Of a DNA stretch of 64,000 bases, positions 11,867 through 22,341 are shown piece by piece. Within the stretch, counting starts at the first letter, position 1; each line of letters opens with the position of its first letter. A program made the translations under genes and the position numbers. The notes under the pieces were generated by a model that did not search any database, was not told the origin of the DNA, and saw nothing but the letters and a program-made list of their open reading frames with translations. The stretch comes from Parasitella parasitica NRRL 2501 (taxonomy: Eukaryota; Fungi; Mucoromycota), in assembly GCA_025201805.1 (NCBI GenBank), contig MU619296.1, forward strand, positions 1 through 64,000. The letters are read 5' to 3'.

Positions 11867-11899
11867 TTTGTACATTGTATGAAAAAAAAGACTGACCTT

Positions 11900-12960
11900 A
11901 AATTCAATTCACATCGAGCTGAGCCCTGCTATATTAGTATTTATACGGTGAAATAGGAAATAGTGTGTAATTAGAGATTGTACTGCCGTTAAAGGATGGC
12001 TTCAGTATAGACGATATTTCTCGTGCAATTGGGTAGAATTCGTTGTTGCTTCTCATCTTCAGATTGCTCAAAGAGAACTTTCTAGAGGTAGTAGTTTGAA
12101 CTCTCGAAAGAGCAACATATAATAGGCCATGAGAAAATACAGACTTTAAGAGGTATAAACCATCTTTTGCAAAGTTTGTTCTTGAGTCATGTTTACAGAC
12201 ATTGCAAAGGCAAGCCTAATTGGAAATTGATGTCTTTGGAAGTTGATAGGTGATTCATCAGGAAAATTTAAAGAGATTTTTGGAGTAAGAACCACATCAC
12301 CAATTTTTCGAACCTGAGATTCTTGCAAAAATGGCAATTTGGGTTTTGTATCTGTAATGCTCTTCAAATGGAACTACCTCATGCATCATTTCTTGTAGTC
12401 TTCCCGATGTATTTCTCGAAATATGGCTTGCGTGAGCATGACGATTGTCCAAATCATAATCAGCATCATAAATGAAAATCTGAGAGAATGCTGAACTTTC
12501 TCCAGCCGCAGGTAAATCACTACCCATTAAATGGTACGTACTTCCGTGTAATTTGAAGATATATACACCACCACACCTCGAGTTTCTTGTTCTCTCGAGA
12601 TCCCTTGCTCTCGAGCAGTCTGATTAGTTTTTTTCTCAACTCCCAATGAAGGAAAACTCAATGCACTATTATACGACCTTATACTGTTCCTGAACTTTCT
12701 ACATTCGCTTGTTGAATGCTTTGATTGCTGACATGAGGCACATTTAGTTATACTGACTTGAGGTGTGGGGTTACTTCGCTTTCTCTAACAGATTGAGCGT
12801 ACGCATTTGTATTATCTGTAGGGGTACCACTGTTTTTTTGGATTGTTAGGACATGAATTATGTGATTTTCTCGAATCACCCAATTTACGGCACGAAGCAC
12901 AACGATTGTTTTGCCAGTGGCTAGGGCCTACTATATTTTGAGGAGGGACGCTTTGGCATA
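11900..12960 (-). mobile_element. Second degraded, internally deleted Helitron in opposite orientation
   Basis: Minus-strand fragments: zinc knuckle CASCRKLGDS..HNSCP, IRSYNSALSF, YIFKLHGSTYHLMGS..AFSQIFIYD, then directly the PIF1 helicase C-terminus QFPIRLAFAMSVN..Q.QTL and VFSHGLLYVALSRV. Confidence 0.8.
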
Positions 12961-13379
12961 CTACAAGTTATTATAACACTTGTGTTTTCTAAAAAAATTT
13001 GACCAAACCCTTGGTACCATTATTTAAGATTTATTATAAGGTGTAATTTGAGGAATCTCTTTTGAGGGCAATTGTTATTAACTTTGATTTTTAGTTTAAT
13101 ATATGAACCAACTTTAAATGTTATTATTCATATCAATTGGGATTGTTGGCAAAAATGGGAGAAGGGTACGATAACAGTGGGGAGGGTGGCATTTATACGA
13201 TGGTTGTAGATCGCAATGTTGTACCACATATTGGCTAAATACCACAACTTCAGCAATTCGTAAAAACATCATTATTTTGTTACATAAGATCTTCAGTTTT
13301 TTTATTTTTTGGCGAGTGGGCCGGTAGCACTCAAGTGTGCCGTATTAGCGTAGCCAGTTTTGAAGATATAATGTGAATA

Positions 13380-13810
13380 AAGCCCTCACAAGAGACAAGA
13401 GGGAGAAAAGAGAAAGAAAAGGAAAATTAAAAAGGGCAAAATGTAAAAGAAACAAGAAAGAGAAAAAAAAAAGGAAAAGTAGGAGTAAACAAGAAATCAG
13501 AGGAGCCTCTTTATAATGGATAATTAGAATTCATCACTCTGCATTTGTTGTTGACCTATCAATAAGAGAAGGTATAAACCTTGCTCATGCCCCCTTGCTC
13601 TCCTTTTTTGAATCCATTGAATAGTGCTGATCATAAATAAAGAGCAATATCAAGAGGAACCCACTTGATAAAGAAGATACTCTGACATCTCGCCTTCCTG
13701 CAGCTTGTCAATCAGTTACTGCTCAGGGTTGTCAAGGCTGGTTAAAGCATGCTGAGACGTTATGGGATAGGTGCATTGAGAATGAATTAGGCTTAAGGTT
13801 GATGTTATCC
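13380..13810 (-). mobile_element. Probable degraded retroelement 3' fragment
   Basis: A purine-rich tract on + (pyrimidine-rich UTR-like on -) next to broken coding-like sequence. No clear motif. Confidence 0.25.
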
Positions 13811-13840
13811 CTACATATTATTTTTTACTTTACGTAGTTC

Positions 13841-13899
13841 GTCCTAAATAAAAAATCATTTTGTCCTAAAGTTTATTTCGTTTGTCCCAAAAATCTCTA
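13841..13899. repeat. Putative DNA-transposon end: GTCC motifs with 21-22-bp period ending in TCTCTA
   Basis: GTCC at 13841, 13863 and 13884. Same layout as 3669-3770. Confidence 0.35.
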
Positions 13900-14328
13900 A
13901 AAAAAAGTTTCTCAAATTTATTTAATTAAGACTTAAATCCTGTACAGTGATCCGGTATATTCATGCATACAATACTGATGAATCTAGTCAACGTGCACGT
14001 GTGGAGCTATGTAACTACTGTGTTTTAAAATTCTAGAAATGCCCAAATGTCAGCTTAAAAAGGCAGGTTGAATGTAATTAACGCCTTTTGTTGTCTGGAC
14101 CGGGAGTCGCGGTACATGTAACGGATCTTGTGTAATGTGTAAAAATAATAAAAAATCTGTCAGTTCAGTCAGGAACCCACTGTTTCTAATTGTATTTTTG
14201 TTCTAGCCTTTGATTTTTGCCCAATTACCTCGGAATACAATGATAATTGATATATATATATATAAATATGTAAATATGCATTCAAAAGATTTGTTCTCTT
14301 TTTTTCTTTTGTATATTCATATTCAATC

Positions 14329-15123
14329 ATGAACCGAAAAACAAAGCGCAACTCTCCTCCCCCTCTTCGGACAACAACTGCAGCTATACTAGATCATAAA
14401 TTTACGGACACTGGCTTCGCAGAATGGTCCAAGGTACTTCAACTGATATCACCGCCTAATAAAAAGAGAAGGGCGGTCGCATTGATTGGACAATCTCGCG
14501 AGGACAGCGACGAAGACGATGAAGCAAACGATGGTGAAGACGACGATGAAGACATTGAAGATAATGACCATAAAATTAGACTGAAAAAAGTTCAAGAGCA
14601 AAATGATACTAGCAAGCAGAAGCTGATGAAACGAAGAGCCATGTATATACCAAATCCGCTAGAACAATGCAATGATAGCCCAAGAGATGCATGGCACAAA
14701 TGGACACTCTATCGTGCAACCTGGCAAAAGCTCCGTAGAAATTCATTGCCACTTGCGGAAGTTGTTCATTTAAGACGAATGCTTTTCAATCTACAACGAG
14801 AGAAATCCGTCCACGAGCAGATTAAGCAGCATCAGCAGCAACAACAAAAACTACCAAAAAATCGCACTAAAAACTCACAAAATGATGATGAAGACAATAT
14901 TCCATTAGGCACACTGCTTGAAAACAAAAAATTAGCAACGACTCCCGCCAGGTCATCGTCTTCTCCACCCAACATGATGAAAAGGGCAAAACAGACAAAA
15001 CAGACAAACGCATTTTATCAGCATATTGTAGTTAGCCCCCAATCTGCTGTTTTGAATGTATTTTATCGGCAGCCATGCTATTATTACAATAATACGCAAT
15101 CATTTCCTGTACATTTTATCTAA
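14329..15123 (+). CDS. Hypothetical protein (acidic tract, DDEDNIPLG motif)
   Basis: Intact 264-aa ORF with low-complexity segments. No family recognised. Confidence 0.65.
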   Translation: MNRKTKRNSPPPLRTTTAAILDHKFTDTGFAEWSKVLQLISPPNKKRRAVALIGQSREDSDEDDEANDGEDDDEDIEDNDHKIRLKKVQEQNDTSKQKLMKRRAMYIPNPLEQCNDSPRDAWHKWTLYRATWQKLRRNSLPLAEVVHLRRMLFNLQREKSVHEQIKQHQQQQQKLPKNRTKNSQNDDEDNIPLGTLLENKKLATTPARSSSSPPNMMKRAKQTKQTNAFYQHIVVSPQSAVLNVFYRQPCYYYNNTQSFPVHFI

Positions 15124-15309
15124 TAATAAAATTCATTTGTAAATACATTACAATAGTAATTTAGAGTATCCACCCTCCTTTTATAGCCAATTAACTGGCT
15201 TTTTCGTACTACATACTTTGATAATGGGGATCTTCCTCATATAGATCAATCCACATTTTCATGTAATAGCACTTTTTTATTATTCGTGTCATTGATAATG
15301 AATAATACA

Positions 15310-16034
15310 CTAACATGATAAATTTGTATCGTTTTTGTTAGATGGTGAAGGAGGGTGAGCGGAAGAAGATGTAGCTATTGTTTGCTGCTGTTGTTGAGAT
15401 GGCGAAATGGAGTCATTATTTTCGTAAAATTGAGGTTGATTTGTCATGCCTGCATTAGGAGGAGAATACATCATGTAACCGCTGCCATTGTAATGCTGTG
15501 GTTGTAGCTGTGGCGATACAGAATTCGTTCCAGTAGCAAACCCGCCGCCACCGCTAGGATACTGTGGGTAATGCATTGGCTGTTGTTGCATATATTGATA
15601 ACCTGGTAATACACCATAACCAAAAGATGACGCATAAGGATCCATCATAAAGCCTTGCACAACGGAAATTTATTTTTCTTGTTGCATATGTTATACAGCT
15701 GAAATATACGCTTACCTCCACTATTATAAGGCCCTCTTCTATTGTTGTTATTGTCGTAACCTTGCTGGCTATGTATATAAATAGTAAACCATAAATATAA
15801 ATTAAAATTTCATGTAAACACATACAGCTACTTTACTTGGGATAATATTGACGATGGGGTCGAGAATCTCCTTGAACTGCTACACCTTGAGGACCTGTTA
15901 CATTAGATGCTTGCATGCCTTTTGGACCTTGAGCTAAAACATATTCAACCTATCATTATCATTGTATATAAGTTATACTTATCAGGCGTAGTGCTCTAGG
16001 TGTATGTGTTCGAGTGCTCTTTTTTTTTTCCTTT

Positions 16035-16070
<36 letters not shown>

Positions 16071-16486
16071 TTATAAATCCACTATCTTCTTTTAGATGTT
16101 GAATTTTAGTCTCCAAACCACACAGATAAGTAGATGTTGCATTAATTTACCGACAGCAATATCTCTTTAAACCTCTTCGCCCTAGCAAAGAAGATGCATT
16201 AAATTATTTGTGCAGTAATTTTTGCCTCAACACTCTTTAAATCTGGAACTTTTTTTTTTTACCTCTGCTAAGCTCTTGAATCCACCATTGTTATGAATTG
16301 CCGTATGGTGCACAAAAACCTCTGGAAACATGCCCAAATTACAAAAACTCATCTTATCAGCTCAATATCACACAACATACCTTGGATATCGTTGTTGTCT
16401 TCTGTGGAATCGGGTAAAATAAATCCAAATCCTTTTATTGAATTGAAAAACTTTACACGACCCTTATGACGAGTAGCGCTTTCCAT
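15310..16486 (-). CDS. Cold-shock-domain protein with Q/Y/G/P-rich C-terminal tail (multi-exon)
   Basis: Spliced read: MESATRHKGRVKFFNSIKGFGFILPD...EVFVHHTAIHNNGGFKSLAE-GEE-VEYVLAQGPKGMQASNVTGP. RNP1 (KGFGFI) and RNP2 (VFVH) are present. Last exon is ORF 15310-15660. Confidence 0.9.
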
Positions 16487-16635
16487 CTTTTTTTCAAGGG
16501 AAATATAAAAATGTGAAAAAGAAAAGCATTGTTTGTCAATTCATGATTTTTCTATTTTTGAGAATATATGTAGGGCCAATAGAATGATCCAACAAAAACC
16601 GGGTTATTATGAGTGCATGATTTTCCGTCTGAATT

Positions 16636-19087
16636 TTATTTCTTTGATAGCAATCCAAATTCAACGTGCAATGTCTCTAACCATGCATCGCGTTCTTGCT
16701 TGCTTCTGGCCTTAAACACCCAACAGGTTCCTCGGTTTCCTAGGCGATGCCCCAGCTTGAACAGTGACAGGTACTCTCGAACATTGGGCACAAACCGTCT
16801 TTTCGCTAATTGCCAGATTACAAAGATGCAGTCAGATGTCTTGTTTCCGCCAGTGATGGTTCCGTCTTTATAGAACCTTGGAGGTTCTACTTTCTCGTAG
16901 TCATATTTGTCTAGAATGCATTCATCTCCAGAATAAACATAGGCATCTTTCAAATGCAACAGTACTCGCTTTTTTTGATACAAAACCATTTCTTTGCGCT
17001 GTTGCATTTGCTCACTATTTTTCGGTTGACGTATGCAATTAAATAATGTGTTGTGGTGAGGGTTCTTTTGAAGCGTGTCAAACATAATCAGTCCATCGTA
17101 ATTCTCGCTCTTGCTCAAGATGCAGTATTGTGTTTGAAATGTTTTTTTGAAATTTTGCTTTACATATAAAAAGCCAGATTGCTGTAATGTATACAGTGTT
17201 ACATGATAGTACACAATAAAAGCTTCACACACTGTCACAAACTTACTAGAATACGCCTGTTTCCATCGTATCCTCGATGATGTCGATATGAGAGCGATGA
17301 GTTCATCCAGAGGTAGTCCACTTTGATCGCATTATTTATCAGGGTTATCCATTGTAACATGATTTGAGTGTTTGGCGCCTCATAGTACAAAATGTTGTTG
17401 CCCATGTGGATTTCAAATGTGTTGGGTGTCGCATGTTGGGTGCCCTTTTGCAACATTGGCTGCACCCGAGTCACTCTATGTAGATCCAAAACTAAGTGCG
17501 CATTGACCAGTTTTGTAGGATCGGGCAAAGCAACCAAGTCTGCTGATGATGTGTACTTGAAATGTGGTGATGATTCACTACCTAACTCATAAATACGTTT
17601 CTTGTTTTCCTTGATTATCGAGAGTCTCCTCTGTTGCAGTAGCAACCCTGAGGTCGCTGAAAACCAGTTGTGATGTTTCTTTTGATCAAATTGCTCTTCC
17701 CGCCGTCTTTGATTTTCTAGGCGTTGTGCTTGTCGTTTATAATAGTAGTAATATAACCCATCAAAGAAAAAGAGATGGTTTCCGTACAATACAACATAGA
17801 AATGAGATCTCCTGCATTTGATCTTTTGTTGGGTGTTGGTTTTAGTCCATGTCTCGTTAATTAATAAGCCGTCAAACGTAATAATCTATCCATATCATGG
17901 TCAATCAAGGCCATCACCTGTCCATTGGCCCAACTTACTCGTTTTTGCAACTTCCATTTTTCCGTTGGTTCTTCTGAAGTATGCAGTTCCAACACATGTC
18001 TCTAATAATTATTCTCGATTGTTTACAAGCAAGGTTCAATTTCAAAATGGCTCATATTTTTTTCTTACTTGTTCTATCAGTTGAGGTCCAATTAGCTCTG
18101 AATTTTCAGCAAGCCATTCAATCTGGTCACCTGAAGTCATTACAGTTGCTTCTCGTTTGGCTGATACATTTGCTGGTCGCCAACAAAGACGGAATTCATA
18201 ATTTTTCCAATCTACATTGCGTAAAAATGCATCTTTTTGTAGTAATTTTCTTATTACTGGCTTAATATCTTCAATACGAATATTGAGGAGGGTATTTTTT
18301 TTCTGTTCAAACATGTAGTCTAGGGGTAGTCGGATCTGTATTGGGGTATCAGTCATAACGTGAATGTCAACAAACGATGGAATTGGGTTTTTACAAGCTG
18401 GTGATGCAGGTAATATATAATATATGGCCATGTACCAATCTTGCGCATCTGATATATTAGCGCTTTGAAAGTGAAATGAAATGATCGATTTGGTTTCGTA
18501 ATGTACAAATTCCAGGTACCAGATACAATCCTGTGCTGAAACTATTGATAGACGCACTCTTTTATAGGGATATGTGTTATCGAGATGAATGACATGTGCA
18601 ATACGTTGTGTATGAAGAAAGGTGGTCTATGATATACACATTTAGTCTCGACGGGTTAAAACACTTTACTACATACTGTCACGTGATATAGTTCGATTTT
18701 GTCTCGCCTCAACACTGCTTTAAACCGTCTCCATCGTAGGCGAGTTTTTCGCAATTGCAATTCACCTGTTGTTGATTTTCGCTTTGCGTACCATTGAGCT
18801 GTCCTTGTGCACAACACAAGGCCCTGTTTAACGACCGAATCGTCTTGGATGGCGTATCTAGGCTCTTCTATAACAGGCATGATGAGATCATCCTTATGAG
18901 TATCAGATGCTTTTGTTGCGGTTGTTGCAGCATCCGTTGGTGATGCTGTGAACGGTGAAAGAAACCCTGATTGCACGGTTTCGCTGGACGAATCGAGAAC
19001 TTTTGAATGAGAGCTAAGCGAATCTATTGAAATGAGTGGTATAACTGTTGAACACTCTTCTAACGTATGAAGAACTTGATCAGGCAT
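16636..19087 (-). CDS. SPO71: Spo71/Mug56-like multi-PH-domain protein (multi-exon)
   Basis: RLRWRRFKAVLRRDKIELY (PH start), FQSANISDAQDWYMAIY, and C-terminal PRFYKDG...CIFVIWQ...WVFKARSKQERDAWLETLHVE typical of the Spo71 family. Confidence 0.7.
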
Positions 19088-19739
19088 AATGAAACAGGGG
19101 GGAAATATTTCTCATTTTTGAGAAAAGAGATTGAAAAAAGGAATAATAATGCTCATATTTATAGCAATTAAACTTTTTGAGTTTTAAACAAGTGCTTGCC
19201 TTACCTTTGGTTTTGCGATGTATTTAGTACATAACCAGCAGCGCCAAGTACGTTCAAATCTGATTAAATGGGTCTCGCCACACAAACTTGCCACAAAAAG
19301 AAAGAATACCACAATCACAAGTATAAATTAAAATTAACAAGATCAAAAGCATTCACGGCGTCTTCTCTAGTCGCTTGATCTTCTTGCTGTTGAGATGCTT
19401 GGTGATTTTGGGCACGAATTAAGGTGGTTTCATGTTGGTTTCAACGGCAGTGTCTTGAAAACATAGGCCATACATTATTTATCATCTTTCTAATTATCTT
19501 ATAAAAAAGAATTTTAATATGCTTATGCTATATCAAAGTATCTTACATTAGAGTGTTGAGTAATGTAAGTGAATATTGTGATGTTTATATTCAAAATGAT
19601 TGATAACAAGAATCCTTAAGTGATAGGGTTACTATTAGTAGGAGATGCCTCTACTTTTTTGTTTGCCACGCATTTGTGAACGTTCGGACTTGTTAGACCA
19701 AACGAAGACTGCACGAATATCTGCCAAAGGTTATATTGG

Positions 19740-20140
19740 TACTTTCATTGATACCTATAAATTTACCAGCAGAAACTATATGAAAATTGCAAATAAAAGC
19801 TGATAGATTAAGATAAATTCCAACATAAAGCCTGTTTCATGCTTTATTAAAACGAGCATGATCTTCGCTATTTGAGTATTACTTGCTTTCCACTAGGCGA
19901 TGCGTCTTTCAAAAGTTATGTGTGAAAACAGTTTTCTTTTTATAACATTTATAGATTATGAAAATACGATAATAATGTGATATCTATTATTATGATAATT
20001 TATAAAATTACAAACACTGATAAGCTGCAATAAAGAGCAAAATAAACTGATTCGTTTATACGCCATTAAAAAAGGCATGATCTTCGTTATCTGAGCATAA
20101 TTTGATTTCCACTGGGCGATGTGTCAATCAAAAATTAGGT
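19740..20140 (+). repeat. Two tandem degenerate copies (about 220-bp period) of a dispersed non-coding repeat
   Basis: GCATGATCTTCG(C/T)TAT(T/C)TGAG...TTTCCACT(A/G)GGCGATG at about 19856 and 20075. An inverted copy lies at 57515-57690. Confidence 0.7.
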
Positions 20141-20906
20141 GCAAAAACATTATTTGTAGTGTACATACCCTAAATAAATTCAAGCATTTTGTCGTGGTAA
20201 CAAGCCTTAGAAGTCGTCTCATTACTTCATCATGATTTATACTGAATACAGATTATAAATTCAAGCGAGAGTTTGGGATGGTAACAAAAAAAAAAAAGAT
20301 ACAATTCACTGATATAAAGAATCTTAATTCCTAAAATATATGTGAGAGAAAAAAGTCATATTATTATCATTTAGCATCCATATTATGTACTGTCGTGTTA
20401 TATTGCTTACAGTACAACAAACTATTTCTCAAAGTTACATATTTACCTGATGATCATTGTTCATTTCTCATCGACGTTTCATTTGAGAATTGTAAAACGC
20501 AAAAAAAACAATTATCTCTTAATCAATTTCTAGTAAGCATAATATTTAAAGAGGATGACATTGGCTCTAAACCTGAACCCAGAAATAAAAGTATTGTTAT
20601 GTGACCCCAACCAAGATGGGATCAACATATTCAAATCTTACGTGGATTGCAAAATAAAGAATTTTAGATGTTTTCAAAAAACGTCAATTGGTCCCGGAGA
20701 TTTCCACTATGTTCTAATGGCCATAATTAGATTCATCTGGTCTATTTTCATATAAATACATTAAGATTGGCACGTCTCAAAATACTATATCATGTGGAGT
20801 GTGTTTCTTGAAAGATTTGCATAAATGTACTACAAGGCTACGTCACTCATGTTGTATAAATATGAGCTTTTCATCTGCTTCTTTTTTTTTCAACATTTGC
20901 TTAACG

Positions 20907-22341
20907 ATGGCAAAAAAGGCAACGAATTCAGTTAATATCTAATACTCATCTAATTCCTACTTATTCTAATTTACTTTGCATAATATTAGGGACAAACTCT
21001 TGCGGACATAGCTAAAAAATACGAAGACCAGCAAGACTGGCATAATGCTCTCAAGACGCATAGAAAGGCGGCAGGTTTGTGATTTATGTATTAAATACAA
21101 TCAAAAAGTTAACCTATCCTTTTTACGGACTTAAGCTCACTACGGACGAGCTAGTTCCAATGAATCCAATACCTTGGTAAGATATATTTCATGCTACGCC
21201 ATCAAGTTACTGTCTCTCAAATTTTACCAATACGTAGGCAAGGAAAACTTTGGATGACTTGAAAAGATCACACGAGGAAAAGATTAATATTCTATCACGG
21301 AAGTTGCGCCAACCATCAGATAATGTATTTGATATGAAAATGCTGGAAGACGAGATTTCCGCAATTCAGCAAAGAGGAACCACTGGAGATCCTTTTGCGA
21401 CAATGCAGGCAATAAAAGAGGGGGAAGACGACGAAGATGGTGCTGATCCCTTTAATCGTTTCTGGGGTGTCGTAGAGCCTATGGTAAATAGGCTTACACA
21501 AACCTCATCACCACCACCATCATCACCATGGCAACAACAACAGCCTGTATTGTATGACACATCCTTTAATGAGGCAGAAACAAATCGCATACAACATGAA
21601 ATGTCTTTTATAAACGAATCATTTTTTACTGTTCCAAAAATATTTAATGTTAACCAAAGCAACCATACCCTATCTGCCCAGCACCAAACGACATCATTAC
21701 GTGACCAAAAAAATGACCTAGAGCAAGAAAATAATGAGTTGAGATCCCAAATTTTAGATATTAAAAACGAGATACAACGCTTACAACAGGTATGTTTACA
21801 TCTATTGTTATTCTTACTCGAATAACTGGTAAAATAGAAATCTGTAGATAGTACTGCTTTGAAAAGTAGTATTATTCAATTTAAAAACGATGTCCAAAAA
21901 CAAGCATTGCGTATTTTACAAACACAAGAAAGCACTGTAATGACACGATCAGCAATGACAACTGGATCCCATTTATTAAAAAATACTCGCCATGTAGGAA
22001 CGAGTACAGCAGAAATAATGAGCAGAATTAGAGAGTTGGAGCAGTCCAATAAGGTCTTGAGATCTCAAAATAGAAAGCAAGATGCATTGGCGAATAAGTA
22101 TAGAGAAAGATGGGAAAAGTTAAAAGAAGGGGCAAAAAAAAGGCAACCTTCGTCTACTGAACCAGCAGTATCGCCTACTGGCATAACATTAGCACTGTTA
22201 CCGTCTAGTAATAACTCGACCCTACTTGGTAACTTGGCATCAGCTAATCCGCCAATGACTACTACTTCTGAACTTGCTTCACCAACCGCTCTGCTACCAA
22301 CAAGTTTGAATGAGGAAACTTCACAACAGAATTTAGATTAG
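20907..22341 (+). CDS. Hypothetical coiled-coil protein with MIT-like N-terminus (multi-exon)
   Basis: Short exons (ADIAKKYEDQQDWHNALKTHRKAA) join ORFs 21250-21825 and 21859-22341 (KYRERWEKLKEGAKKR). Confidence 0.7.

Noticed and set aside
8391-11875. Canonical hAT element with 8-bp TSD
   Set aside because: The CAG-starting end and subterminal repeats are suggestive, but the flanks do not form a direct repeat and no hAT transposase is encoded, so the superfamily is left unassigned.
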